A stretch of DNA of 64,000 nucleotides from Caldilineaceae bacterium (GTDB taxonomy: Bacteria; Chloroflexota; Anaerolineae; Caldilineales; Caldilineaceae): assembly GCA_965214895.1 (NCBI GenBank), contig OZ243985.1, positions 110,100 to 174,099 on the forward strand, in the 5' to 3' direction. A program made the translations under genes and the position numbers. The notes under the pieces are model-generated. The model was not told the DNA's origin. It searched no databases and was given only the letters and a program-made list of their open reading frames with translations. Positions 17,756-28,009 of the stretch are shown here, in pieces; positions within the stretch are counted from its first letter, which is position 1; each line of letters begins with the position of its first letter.

Positions 17756-18754
17756 GTGTCCATTGAAGTCCATCACTTGTGCAAAGCCTTCCGGACCAAG
17801 GAAAAGCCCGCAGGCCTGGCCGGGTCCTGGCGCGCGTTGTGGAAACCCACATGGCACCGGATACCGGCGATTGAGGATGTGTCCTTCCACATGGAAAGCG
17901 GCCAATCCCTGGGCTTCATTGGGCCCAACGGGGCCGGCAAATCAACCACCATCAAGATCCTGAGCGGCATCCTGCATCCCGACGCCGGCACGGCGCAGGT
18001 ACTGGGCTACACCCCGTGGCAGGAACGGGAAAAGCTCTGTTACGAAATCGGTGCGGTCTTTGGCCAGCGGCCACAGCTCTGGTACCACCTGCCTCCCCTG
18101 GATTCCTTTCGCCTGTACGGGGCTGTCTACGGTCTGGATGCGGCGACCACCCGCCACCGCGTGGATTTCCTGGTAGATGTGTTTGAACTGCAACGCCTCC
18201 TGCACACCCCGGTCCGCAAGCTGTCGTTGGGACAGCGCATGCGGTGCGAGGTGGCGGTATCCCTGCTGCATGCGCCGCGCCTGCTGCTGCTGGACGAACC
18301 GTCCATCGGCCTGGATGTGGTGGCCAAACAGCGGCTCCGGGACACCATCCGATACATGCGGGAAGAGGAAGGAGTCGGCGTCCTGCTGACGTCCCATGAT
18401 GCCGGTGACATTGAAGCGCTGTGTGAACGGGTCATCGTAATCAATGACGGCCACCTGGTCTTTGACGACACAATGGCGGATCTCAAGCAACGCTACCTGA
18501 CCTCCAAGCGCGTGGAGGTGCGGTTTTCCACGGAAGGCGAACGGCACCTGCCCATGCCGGGAGTCGAGACCGCCCCGGTTGGGCGGTATGGGCTGGAACT
18601 CCGCTTCAACCCCCGCGTCGTGAACATGGAGGCGGTCATTGCCGGCCTGAGCCAATTGGGCACGCTGGTGGACATTGCCATTGCGGATCCAGACCTGGAA
18701 GAAGTCATTCGGACCATCTATGCCGAGAACCATCACGGCCCGGACGATATATAA
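17756..18754 (+). CDS. ABC-2 type transporter ATP-binding protein
   Basis: GTG start. Walker A 'GPNGAGKST', signature 'LSLGQRM', Walker B 'LLLLDEPSIGLD', H-loop 'LLTSHD'. Confidence 0.9.
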   Translation: MSIEVHHLCKAFRTKEKPAGLAGSWRALWKPTWHRIPAIEDVSFHMESGQSLGFIGPNGAGKSTTIKILSGILHPDAGTAQVLGYTPWQEREKLCYEIGAVFGQRPQLWYHLPPLDSFRLYGAVYGLDAATTRHRVDFLVDVFELQRLLHTPVRKLSLGQRMRCEVAVSLLHAPRLLLLDEPSIGLDVVAKQRLRDTIRYMREEEGVGVLLTSHDAGDIEALCERVIVINDGHLVFDDTMADLKQRYLTSKRVEVRFSTEGERHLPMPGVETAPVGRYGLELRFNPRVVNMEAVIAGLSQLGTLVDIAIADPDLEEVIRTIYAENHHGPDDI

Positions 18755-19535
18755 CCGGTACGCCGCCCTGTTCCGTATGCCCCTGGCGGAGAACCTGGCG
18801 TACCTGGGGAACTGCGCCTCCGCCACGATGGCCATGGTGATGTTCATGTGGATTTTCGGCATGCTGTGGCGGGCTGTCTTCGCGTATCAGGGAGTCGACC
18901 GGATTGCCGGCATGACGCTGGAAGATACCCTCTGGTACCTTCTGATGGCCGAGCTGGTGGTGCTCTCGAAACCGTTGCTGGCCATGGAGATCGCGGAGTC
19001 AATCCAGAGCGGCTCCATCGCCTACGACCTGATGCGGCCCTACCACTTCGGCCTCTTTCACTTGAGTCGCTTTGCGGGTCACGTGGCGTTTCGGGCCAGC
19101 CTGAACCTCGTGGCTGGCGGGATTGTGATCTGGGCCCTGGCCGAGCCCCCGCCCGTGTGGTTCGGAGTGGGGCCGGCCCTGGTCGCACTGGGACTGGCCT
19201 GGGGCCTGGAGTTCTGCTTTGAAGCCCTCATCGGGCTGGCCGCTTTCTGGACCGAAGACATCAGCGCGTTCCGCTGGATTTATCAGAAGATCAGCTTCAT
19301 TCTGGGCGGACTGCTGCTGCCTCTGGACTTCTATCCGTCATGGCTGGCGCAGCTGGCCAAGGCATTTCCTTTCGCCTCCATCATGTATGCCCCGGGCCGC
19401 CTCTTTGTGGACCCGACGCTCGACCGCATGCTTGCGACATGGGCCTTGCAGCTGGGCTGGCTGGTGATCCTGGGGCTTCTCTTCCACTTTCTGTCCCGGC
19501 GCGCCCTCGGCCGCCTGGCCATCAACGGTGGATAG
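18720..19535 (+). CDS. ABC-2 family transporter permease (first of two)
   Basis: ATG at 18720 overlaps the ATPase gene end. The product is a multi-pass hydrophobic protein ('MAMVMFMWIFGMLW...', 'LVAGGIVIWALA'). This is the typical ATPase plus two-permease operon layout. Confidence 0.8.
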   Translation: MPRTITARTIYNRYAALFRMPLAENLAYLGNCASATMAMVMFMWIFGMLWRAVFAYQGVDRIAGMTLEDTLWYLLMAELVVLSKPLLAMEIAESIQSGSIAYDLMRPYHFGLFHLSRFAGHVAFRASLNLVAGGIVIWALAEPPPVWFGVGPALVALGLAWGLEFCFEALIGLAAFWTEDISAFRWIYQKISFILGGLLLPLDFYPSWLAQLAKAFPFASIMYAPGRLFVDPTLDRMLATWALQLGWLVILGLLFHFLSRRALGRLAINGG

Positions 19536-19537
19536 CC

Positions 19538-20329
19538 ATGCGGCACGTCACATTGCTGGGCTTCCTGGGCCAACTGTGGCGCGTCAATCTGCTGTCGGCC
19601 ATGGAATACCGGGGGCCCTTTGTCACCCAGATCGCCGGCATGATTCTCAACAACGCGATCTACTTCCTTTTCTGGGTCCTGTTCTTCGACCGTTTCGAGG
19701 AAGTGCACGGCTGGACGCTGCAGGACATGATCCTGCTGTTCGCCGTCGTGGGGACCGGCCTGGGACTGGCGATGACGCTGTTTGGGAACTGCACCCAAGT
19801 CGCCCGGATTGTCGCGTCCGGCGATCTGGATCGGTACCTGTCCCTGCCCCGGCCGATTCTGCTGCACATCCTCGCGTCGCGCAGTTCCGTGCCCTCAATG
19901 GGCGATATCCTCTTCGGCCTCACCTGGTTCGGCATCGCCGGCGATTTCTCCCTGGGCCATATCGGGCGGTTCCTGCTCATCACCGGTCTGGTCACCTGTA
20001 CCTTTACGGCCGTGCTGGTACTGGTGAACAGCCTGGCGTTCTGGCTGGGCCGTTCCGAGATCCTGGCGGAGCAGTTTCTGAACGCGATGATCACGTTTTC
20101 GCTCTATCCGGGCACGCTGTTCGACGGGGCGGCCCGCGTATTCCTGTTCACGATCGTGCCGGCCGGTTTGACGGGCGCCCTGCCGGTGGAGCTGCTGCGG
20201 CATTTCGCGCTGGCGAAACTGGCCTGGCTCTGCCTGGGAGCCGGCATCTTCGTCGTGCTGGCCATCCTGGTTTTCCATTGGGGTTTGCGACGGTACGAAA
20301 GCGGCAGCGCGATCCATGTCCGCCTCTGA
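19538..20329 (+). CDS. ABC-2 family transporter permease (second of two)
   Basis: ATG at 19538 lies 3 nt after the previous stop. 263-aa hydrophobic protein ('IAGMILNNAIYFLFWVLFF', 'LVTCTFTAVLVLVNSLAFW'). Confidence 0.8.
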   Translation: MRHVTLLGFLGQLWRVNLLSAMEYRGPFVTQIAGMILNNAIYFLFWVLFFDRFEEVHGWTLQDMILLFAVVGTGLGLAMTLFGNCTQVARIVASGDLDRYLSLPRPILLHILASRSSVPSMGDILFGLTWFGIAGDFSLGHIGRFLLITGLVTCTFTAVLVLVNSLAFWLGRSEILAEQFLNAMITFSLYPGTLFDGAARVFLFTIVPAGLTGALPVELLRHFALAKLAWLCLGAGIFVVLAILVFHWGLRRYESGSAIHVRL

Positions 20330-20906
20330 TGGCGGAGGACCAAAATCGGAAACCGCCATGGTGACAGGAACAGGACAGCAAGCAGAGAGTGACACCGACG
20401 GGTCCCGGCACGATCTGTCTTTGCAGTACGGTGCGCGCCACCGGGACAGAAGGAGCCTGCATCGTGCCGCTCCTGCGGCCCAGGGCCGTCAACGCGGAAA
20501 GTCATAATCCCGGAACGCGGGAGCTGCCAGCCGATGGCCGCGCCTCGGGGCACCCTCAGCCGGGAAGACCGGCGGGGATGGATTGTCTCCGGGACCGAGG
20601 CGGGTCCAATTTCCAGCAGTACCGAGTCGGAGCGGTCAAGCAGAAGCCGATCCCGGCCGAACACACCATGGATCCCCACATCGACGGGTGCAGCGCTTCC
20701 CAATGCAGCCCGGCACGAGGGGCGTCGTTCCACGGCAGAGCGGACAGCGTGTTGCATGCAATCTGCCCACATGCCACACAGGCAAACCGGGTGCAGGCGG
20801 TGTGTGCCGCGAGCCGAGAGTTGGGACACCCGGTGGCCAGTTGTACACTACTGTCCTGTCCAGGACGGGTTTGAAACGTCTTAAGCCATGTTATGGGAGC
20901 AGGAAA

Positions 20907-22277
20907 ATGAGCAGGCACAAAAAGGTAACGCTCCACGAGTCGGACATGCCAACCCACTGGTACAACATCAACGCGGATTTGCCCGCGGCCGGAGTTGAAC
21001 TGCCGCCTCCGCTGCATCCCGGCACGGGTCAGGCCATTGGGCCAGACGATCTGGCTCCCCTCTTCCCGATCTCGCTGATTCTGCAGGAAGTCAGCACGGA
21101 CCGCTATCTCGAAATTCCCGAGCCAGTACAGGAAGTGTACCGGATGTGGCGGCCCACGCCGCTGGTCCGGGCCTATCAGTGGGAGCAGGTGCTGGACACC
21201 CCGGCGCGCATCTACTACAAGTACGAAGGCGGCAGCCCGTCCGGAAGCCACAAACCCAACACCGCCGTGCCACAGGCCTACTACAACAAAGAGGCCGGCG
21301 TGACGCGCCTGGCCACGGAAACCGGGGCCGGGCAGTGGGGCAGCGCGCTCAGCTTTGCCTGCCAGATCTTTGGACTGGAGTGCAAAGTCTATATGGTACG
21401 GGTCAGCTATGAGCAAAAGCCCTACCGCACAGTGCTCATGCAGACCTGGGGAGCAGAGGTTGTACCCAGCCCCAGCCCAGACACCCATGCCGGTCGCCAG
21501 ATCCTGTCCGAGTCCCCGGACAGCACAGGCAGCCTCGGCATTGCCATCTCTGAAGCCGTGGAAGATGCCGCCACGCGTGACGACACCAAATACTCCCTGG
21601 GGTCGGTACTGAATCACGTGCTTTTGCACCAAACGGTCGTGGGCCAGGAGGTGATCAGGGGACTGGAGGCGTTCGGTGAGGATTGGCCGGACGTGCTGGT
21701 AGGCTGCACTGGGGGCGGCAGCAACTTTGCCGGATTTGTCTTCCCGTTTCTTAAAGAGAACATCCATGGTGGCAGACATACCCGAGTCGTGGCGGTAGAA
21801 CCGGCGGCGGCCCCCAGTCTGACACGCGGAGTCTACACCTACGATTTCGGCGACACGGCCCAGATGACGCCGCTGCTGAAAATGCATACCTTGGGCCACG
21901 ATTTCGTGCCGGCGCCCATCCATGCCGGCGGGCTCCGGTACCATGGCATGAGTGCCCAGGTCAGCGCGTTGAAGGAGGCGGGACTGATCGAGGCAGTCAA
22001 TGTCCAGCAGCGGGCCATCTTCGAAGCGGCCCTCTCCTTTGCCCGTTCCGAAGGCATTCTGCCTGCGCCGGAGCCGACCCACGCCATTTGGGGCGCCATG
22101 CAGGAAGCGCTGGCCTGCAAGGAAAGCGGCGAAGACAAAGTAATCGTCTTCAACCTGTGCGGCCATGGCCACTTCGATCTGGCGGCCTACGAGCAGTACC
22201 TGGCCAACAGTCTGGAAGACTTCGACTATCCAGAGGAAGCAATCCGGGAGAGTCTGGAAAAGGTGCCGACGTTGTAA
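20907..22277 (+). CDS. TrpB-like PLP-dependent enzyme (tryptophan synthase beta, TrpB2 type)
   Basis: ATG 20907 with GGAGCAGGA upstream. PLP-lysine context '[14 protein letters not shown]', plus '[11 protein letters not shown]' and 'HAGGLRYHG'. The upstream part of track ORF 20583.. is not coding-like. Confidence 0.9.
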   Translation: MSRHKKVTLHESDMPTHWYNINADLPAAGVELPPPLHPGTGQAIGPDDLAPLFPISLILQEVSTDRYLEIPEPVQEVYRMWRPTPLVRAYQWEQVLDTPARIYYKYEGGSPSGSHKPNTAVPQAYYNKEAGVTRLATETGAGQWGSALSFACQIFGLECKVYMVRVSYEQKPYRTVLMQTWGAEVVPSPSPDTHAGRQILSESPDSTGSLGIAISEAVEDAATRDDTKYSLGSVLNHVLLHQTVVGQEVIRGLEAFGEDWPDVLVGCTGGGSNFAGFVFPFLKENIHGGRHTRVVAVEPAAAPSLTRGVYTYDFGDTAQMTPLLKMHTLGHDFVPAPIHAGGLRYHGMSAQVSALKEAGLIEAVNVQQRAIFEAALSFARSEGILPAPEPTHAIWGAMQEALACKESGEDKVIVFNLCGHGHFDLAAYEQYLANSLEDFDYPEEAIRESLEKVPTL

Positions 22278-22454
22278 ACCCAGATGTCATGGCAGACCGC
22301 TCGCGGTCAAAAGTCGGGTTCCGCCATACCCCTACACACAATCCCATGGGCCATCTGCCAGGCATTGGTCTGGGGACGATCAGCACTTTGGGCTTTGTGC
22401 CTGTCGCGGGCGGGCCCGGATGCACAGGGCGTGCACCGCGGCACGCAGTCACTC

Positions 22455-22628
22455 CCTAGTACTACAGTGGTAAGTAGAGAAATAGGGTGAGAGTGGGCTG
22501 GTTCCTGTAGGTTTTCCAGGGCTAAATCGGGGTCGAACCGGGGTATCCAGACCAGATTCCGGGCTGTTAGCTCTCCACCAAACAGCACAGAACAGGAGAG
22601 TTCACCTACTTACCGCTGTAGTACTAGG
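22455..22628 (+). other. 174-nt element closed by a 23-bp helix / terminal inverted repeats (structured RNA or MITE-like element)
   Basis: CCTAGTACTACAGTGGTAAGTAG (22455-22477) pairs with CTACTTACCGCTGTAGTACTAGG (22606-22628). The single difference is a G-U wobble on the plus strand and a C-A mismatch on the minus strand. The element lies between the convergent trpB2-like and pepT genes, and its 3' arm overlaps the pepT stop codon. Confidence 0.5.
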
Positions 22629-23898
22629 CTCGACTCGGGCCAGACGTCCCGGCCCCGGCAGCATAGTTCTGGGCCAGTTGCAGACACACTTGGGTGGCCA
22701 GGGCCATGTCCTGCACCGTCACCCACTCCAACGGTCCATGGACTTCGTGCATGCCGGTGAACAGGTTGGGGGTGGGCACTCCCTTGGCCGTCAGCATGGA
22801 GCCGTCGGTCCCGCCGCGTATCGGTTCGTCCACCGGTGCGACGCCTATGTCCCGCATGGCTTGCCGGGCCATTGTGACCGGCGTCATGTCCTGCTCCAGC
22901 CAATGCCGCATATTGCGGTACTGGGGCACAATCTCGCAGGAAATCCGGGCCCGCGGCTCCGCCAACTGCATGGTCTCCGCCAGCTGCGTCAGAATGCGAC
23001 CGTGTTCCTGCAGTTTCCCGGTCGCAAAATCCCGCAGGATGAAATGCAGCTCCGCCGCCGCGGCCGTGCCCTGCATCTGATACAGATGAATAAACCCTTC
23101 CCGGTCCCGGGTCGTCTCCGGAGTGCGGGTGTGCGCCGGCAACAACCCCATGAACTGGGTCGCCAGCGTGGCTGCATTGACCATGGCATGGAAGGCCGTA
23201 CCTGGATGGATGGACACGCCCTGAAAATGCACTACGGCCTTGTCCGCGGCAAAGGTTTCACTGGAGAGTTCTCCTACATTGCCTCCATCCAGGGTGTAGG
23301 CCCACCGGGCATCCAGATCTTCCGGCGTCAGGTGTGTCACTCCACGGCCAATCTCCTCGTCCGGAGTGAAGCAAAGCCGAATCCGACCATGGCGGATTTC
23401 CGGATGGTGCAGCAGATGGCGCGCCAGGCTCATCACAATGGCGACACCCGCCTTGTCATCGGCGCCCAGGAGAGAGGCGCCACTGCCGGTAATCAGGTCA
23501 TGGCCGATCTTCTGTGCCAGATCAGGAGATTGCGCCGTATCCAGCACCAAAGCCGCGTCATCCGGAAAGGCAATGGGGGTCCCATCCCACTGCCGATGGA
23601 CCCGTGGCTTCACATCCCGGCCGGAAAAGGCCGGCGCCGTGTCCACATGACTCAGAAAAGCGATACTGGGAATATCCGGACTGGGATCCGTAGCCGGTAC
23701 CGTGGCCAGCACTGTGGCATAGTCGGTGAGGCGGACATCTGCCGCCCCCATTGCCCGCAATTCAGCCTCAAGCATTTCGAGCAGCACCAGCTGCTTTTGC
23801 GTACTGGGCACCGAAGCCGAGGTTTCATCCGCCTCCGTATCGATCTGCACATAGCGCAGAAATCGTGCTTCCAAATCCTGAACCAGATCCGCGGTCAT
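22624..23898 (-). CDS. pepT: Peptidase T (tripeptide aminopeptidase, M20B)
   Basis: Collinear with E. coli PepT as I recall it: 'RFLRYVQIDT', 'FLSHVDTAP', 'LLGADDKAG', 'FTPDEEIG', 'IRGGTDGS', 'PNLFTGMHEVHG'. I prefer ATG 23896-23898 ('MTADLVQ'). The 21 upstream codons of the track ORF are unlikely to be translated. Confidence 0.9.
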   Translation of the reverse strand: MTADLVQDLEARFLRYVQIDTEADETSASVPSTQKQLVLLEMLEAELRAMGAADVRLTDYATVLATVPATDPSPDIPSIAFLSHVDTAPAFSGRDVKPRVHRQWDGTPIAFPDDAALVLDTAQSPDLAQKIGHDLITGSGASLLGADDKAGVAIVMSLARHLLHHPEIRHGRIRLCFTPDEEIGRGVTHLTPEDLDARWAYTLDGGNVGELSSETFAADKAVVHFQGVSIHPGTAFHAMVNAATLATQFMGLLPAHTRTPETTRDREGFIHLYQMQGTAAAAELHFILRDFATGKLQEHGRILTQLAETMQLAEPRARISCEIVPQYRNMRHWLEQDMTPVTMARQAMRDIGVAPVDEPIRGGTDGSMLTAKGVPTPNLFTGMHEVHGPLEWVTVQDMALATQVCLQLAQNYAAGAGTSGPSRA

Positions 23899-24534
23899 GC
23901 AGACACTGCCCTCTCTGTGCGTTGTTGCAGGCCTCGCTGGACGGCGATGACCTGAGTCCACAGCATCCTACCGCATCCCCGGCAGTGCAGGAGTCCGCAC
24001 GGAACACAGAGCCCACAAGAGAGCGGCGAGGGGATCCTGTCGGAACGGGCATACACATCCAAAAGCGCAGAGGCACCTCAATGCCGACAGTCTCCCTGCA
24101 GGCTTTGGTTACCTCCGCGCGGACTGCCGCGCTGTCCGGGGCCGCGGTGTGGGCCGTCGCAGATTCCCGGCATCGCGGTCTGGGTTGGCATTGCCGCATG
24201 TATCAGTTTGTAGCCTAAGAAAATGGCATGGAATTTTATGAAGATACGAGATCCTGCTGGATCCGGCGTGGATATCCTATCTCAGATGGTGAAGACGGAG
24301 GTATATCCCAATTTGGACACAAGAGGACAGTCTATCTCAACCTCAGAAATTTCCATGCTATGTGCTTAGGCCGATCCAGCCGTCCACGACATGACCACCC
24401 TGCGGCAGAATGCCCGCACAAAATCGGATATTGGGAACCGATGATGCCGCGAGGTCCGTCGGAATTGGGTGTACAGGCAAGAATCCGGGGAGTTGGCGAT
24501 TGTGCGATTGCCCTGGAGATCTCGACTGCATGCC

Positions 24535-25047
24535 TTACACTTGCAGCACGTCATCATCCACATTGGCAGGAACAGCTTGGTATGTGTCCCGTCCTGCCTC
24601 CTGCCTCGCCGCGGTCACAGCTTCTGGCGGCGCGAGATGTATCATCAGCCGTGGGAATGCAACCAAGACCAAGAGCCAATCGTCTACAGGCAAGCCCGGC
24701 ATCAGGTCTATGGGCGAGAAGATATACAACAGACTCAGCAGCGGCAAGGGAAACTTGACCCACGGCGAGACCGTGGGCATCTGCATCAGCCGTCCACACA
24801 CCCCCAGATTGCGCAGGATCTCAGGCAACAATTTCAAGAGTATGTTCCACCTGTTTTGGAGCCTGGCACGTCGCTGTCGATGGCGGTATGTCCTCCGCCT
24901 TCCGGGACTTTTCCTAGATACGTTTTGCGTATTTTGAGGGTCTAGACGAGTCAGCAGAATGATCACTACGGCGACAATGCCCAAGACCACCAGGATCAGA
25001 AGCAGCAGGGGCAGAAAATCTGCAGCTATGGTGACTACTTCGCGCAT
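24535..25047 (-). CDS. DUF1232 (YkvA-like) membrane protein
   Basis: ATG at 25045-25047. N-terminal TM helix, Arg-rich linker and DUF1232 core 'LLYIFSPIDLMPGLPVDDWLLVLVA'. Confidence 0.7.
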   Translation of the reverse strand: MREVVTIAADFLPLLLLILVVLGIVAVVIILLTRLDPQNTQNVSRKSPGRRRTYRHRQRRARLQNRWNILLKLLPEILRNLGVCGRLMQMPTVSPWVKFPLPLLSLLYIFSPIDLMPGLPVDDWLLVLVAFPRLMIHLAPPEAVTAARQEAGRDTYQAVPANVDDDVLQV

Positions 25048-25120
25048 TGTGCCGTGGATACAAACGGAACCTCTGCAAGCGGACCCAATCAGTTGTTCGC
25101 TTACGGAGAACCATTGTTAT

Positions 25121-26591
25121 CGTGAATGCATTTCAAGATGATGAATATTGCATTGAATTGGTGAGGGAGTTACACAACCTGCCGCACGAAACCGAGTGGG
25201 TGGAATTCAAGGTCAATCTGAACCATCCAACCCGGATTGGCGAGTACATTTCGGCATTGGCCAACACTGCAGCATTGCACGACAAGGATACAGCCTATTG
25301 GGTATGGGAATCGCCGACACGAGCCATGAGATCGTCGGCACAACATTCTCTCCAAACAGGGCAAGAAAAGGCAATGAGCCCCTTGAGACTTGGTTGTCAC
25401 GTCTTCTGGTACCACACATTCCGTTGGGTTTTCATGAAATTGCAGTGGAAGGGAACCCGGTTGCGCTGCTGGTGGTGGGCCGTGCGCACCAACGCCCTGT
25501 ATCGTTTTCGGGAGGCGAGTTTATTCGGGTAGGAAGTGCCACGAGAAAGCTCAGGGACTACCCCGAGAAGGAAAGAAATCTCTGGCGTAGCTTTGACCGC
25601 ATCAACTTTGAAGACGGTATAGCAGCCGAGCGGATTCAAGACCAAGACGCATTGGATCTCCGCAACTGGTCGGCCTACTTTGAACTCAGCGAACGACCCC
25701 TCCCTGACGACAGGAGCGTCATGCTGGATTTGTTGCAACGTGATGCACTGATTGCTGCCTGTCCGACAGGGGGATGGAACATCACCAATGTAGGGGCCAT
25801 CCTCTGCGCCAGGAATTTGCAAGATTTCCCCGGCTCAAACGCAAGGCTGTCCGGATAATCCAGTATGCCGGCAGGCACCGTATCCAGCCTCTGCGCGAAA
25901 AGGAGATTTTGCAGGGATAGACATCCGGATCCGAAGCGCTCATCGACTACATCCTGACTCTCCTGCCAGTCAGCGAAATGATCGAGCATTCCCTGCGTCA
26001 CTGGAGTATTCGCCCTTGGCGGTGCGTGAACTGGCCGCTAACATGCTCATTCACCAAGACTTTGCCCTTGAAGGAGCAGGGCCGATGGTGGAACTGTTTG
26101 CAGAACGTATCAAAATTACCAATCCAGGCCAACCTCGGGTGGACACGGATCGCTTTCTGGATGCTCCTCCACGGTCCCGCAACGAAACCGTGGCTTCCAT
26201 GATGCGTCGTTTCGGCATCTGTGAAGAACATGGCAGCGGGATTGACAAGGTGGTTTTTCTGACAGAAATGCACCAGTTGCCGGCACCCCGTTTTGAATCG
26301 CCCGAGGCCTTTACACGCGCAGTGCTGTCTGCACACAAGAGTTTGTCTCAAATGGACAAGAAGGAGCGAGTTTGGGCCTGCTATCCATATGCCTGCTTGC
26401 ATTATGTGTCAAACACCCCCGTGAACAATTCTTCGCTACGGCGGCGATTCAACATCAAGAAGAAGAATGCCGCACGCGCTTCACAGCTCTTGAAAGAGGC
26501 ACTGGAAGCAGGACTTCTCGTAATTCGTGATCCCACCGGGGGAGCCAAGAACAGAACCTATCTCCCCTACTGGGCGCGCGAGTCGAATTGA
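25121..26591 (+). pseudogene. Disrupted paralogue of the Schlafen/AlbA_2 - HATPase_c_4 - wHTH family
   Basis: Family-typical sequence is spread over several frames. Segments: 'ETEWVEFKVNLN...ALANTAAL'; 'GIADTSHEIVGTTFSP...GNEPLETWL'; 'LKRKAVRIIQYAG'; 'SEALIDYILTLLP'; 'YSPLAVRELAANMLIHQDF...RSRNETVASMMRRFGICEEHGSGIDKV'. There are three -1 shifts (near 25306-25308, 25832-25833 and ~26003-26008). An in-frame TAG sits at 25918-25920. Confidence 0.8.
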
Positions 26592-27019
26592 AAAGAACAA
26601 ATTGTGAGATGAAAAGCAGCAGGATTCGTGTTGCGGGTTGGGCGGTTGGTTATTTTGTTTGATGAAGAGCAGCACCGGGCCGTGTTTCGGCTTGCAGGCA
26701 GGAAATCAGCTCTTGGACATTGGGGGCGCCAACCGGAAGCCCACAATGTGGGGCGGACCACAGGGAGGTTACCGATATCGTCATGGGTTACAACGGCGAT
26801 GCAAGGGGCACCGAACAGGCACGGAGAGAGCTGACCAAGTCCTGTCTACTCTGGACATACAGTCCGAGTTTGGCATAGCGACAGCAGTGCAAGCTACCCG
26901 GCAGAAATGGCCCCTTCCCCTCTACCCTTTAGAATGGAGACTGCCCACACCGCCAGGGGCGCATCGGCAGGCAGCTTGCACTGCTGTCGCCCCATACCTG
27001 CTTTTGGAGCAATCGCCTT

Positions 27020-28009
27020 ATGAATCGTCAGGAAAGAGGAGCAGCTGTCGCCGCCCGCGACTGGGACTGCGATGTGGTTCGCTATCCGGACCCGGCCGTG
27101 GAAGTGATCGACCCCCGCTTTGCAGCCTACATCAACGGCAATGCGGCCGTGGAACGACTCTATACCGGCTCCCGCTGGGCGGAAGGCCCCGTCTGGTTTG
27201 GAGATCACAACTGCCTGCTTTTCAGCGACATCCCCAACAACCGCATTCTCTGTTGGGACGGCAACACCGGTCAGACTTCGGTCTATCGCCAGAATTCCCA
27301 CAACTCCAACGGGCACACCCGAGACCTGCAGGGCCGGCTCATTTCCTGCGAGCATCGTACCCGCCGTGTCACGCGCACCGAGCATGACGGCTCCATCACG
27401 GTATTGGCCGCTTCCTACCAAGGCAAGCCCTTGAACGCGCCCAACGACGTGGTGGTGAAGTCGAATGGCAGCATCTGGTTCACGGATCCGGGGTACGGCA
27501 TCCTCTTCCACTATGAAGGCCAGCGGGCCCCGCTGGAACTCAACCCCAATGTCTATCGCCTGGACCCTGGCACGGGTCGGCTGACGGTGGTTGCAGACGA
27601 TTTCGACAAACCCAACGGCCTCTGCTTCTCTCCGGACGAGTCCATTCTGTACATCAGTGACACCGGCACATCTCACGATCCAGACGGTCCGGCCCACATC
27701 CGCAAACTGCATGTGGATGGCGACACCATCAAGGATGCCGGGGTCTTTGTGGACATGAAACCCTCCACCTCGGATGGATTCCGGGCAGACATGGACGGCA
27801 ACATCTGGACCAGTTCCGGCTGGGCCGGAGCAGGATATGACGGGGTTCAGGTATACAGTCCCGAAGCCGAACTGTTGGGGCGCATACATCTGCCGGAGAT
27901 CTGTGCCAATGTCTGTTTCGGCGGTCCCAAGCGGACTCGTCTCTTCATGGCGGCCAGTCAGTCGCTCTACGCCTTGTATGTGGAAGCCGTGGGGGCGCAA
28001 CGCCCCTAG
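27020..28009 (+). CDS. SMP-30 / gluconolactonase / LRE family protein
   Basis: Motifs 'WAEGPVWF', 'LLFSDIPNNRI', 'NAPNDVVV', 'WFTDPGYG', 'KPNGLCFSPDE', 'DGFRADMDGNIW'. The longer antisense ORF 26894..28105 is rejected. Confidence 0.85.
   Translation: MNRQERGAAVAARDWDCDVVRYPDPAVEVIDPRFAAYINGNAAVERLYTGSRWAEGPVWFGDHNCLLFSDIPNNRILCWDGNTGQTSVYRQNSHNSNGHTRDLQGRLISCEHRTRRVTRTEHDGSITVLAASYQGKPLNAPNDVVVKSNGSIWFTDPGYGILFHYEGQRAPLELNPNVYRLDPGTGRLTVVADDFDKPNGLCFSPDESILYISDTGTSHDPDGPAHIRKLHVDGDTIKDAGVFVDMKPSTSDGFRADMDGNIWTSSGWAGAGYDGVQVYSPEAELLGRIHLPEICANVCFGGPKRTRLFMAASQSLYALYVEAVGAQRP

Noticed and set aside
20330-20906. The 578-bp leader upstream of the TrpB2 gene was examined for a T-box, a Trp attenuator or a riboswitch.
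   Set aside because: I could not find a specifier or T-box motif, Trp-codon leader peptide or terminator/antiterminator pair by eye. Only a weak hairpin (ATGGCGG...CCGCCAT at 20329-20359) follows the permease gene. An Rfam scan would be needed.
20556-22172. Very long ORFs antisense to well-supported genes. Examples: 20556-22172, 26894-28105, 35030-36103, 37077-38522, 39046-40587, 40606-43059, 50603-52492 and 53299-54810.
   Set aside because: Their translations are Arg/Gly/Pro/His-rich with no family motifs. Each is fully shadowed by an ORF on the other strand with strong, collinear family signatures. This is the typical open antisense frame of high-GC DNA.
22520-22550. 'GGGGTCGAACCGGGG' looked like a tRNA/tmRNA T-arm.
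   Set aside because: There is no acceptor stem, anticodon arm or CCA-adjacent structure around it, and the stem is not properly complementary. I treat it as part of the 174-nt element instead.
25918-25920. TAG codons at conserved tyrosine positions in two unrelated genes (25918-25920 in the AlbA_2 paralogue and 56970-56972 in the IS transposase) raised the idea of amber reassignment or suppression.
   Set aside because: TAG terminates well-conserved genes at their expected ends in this window (glcB, the CHAT gene, the Gfo/Idh/MocA gene). TAY to TAG is a single-step nonsense mutation. Both affected genes also carry frameshifts.
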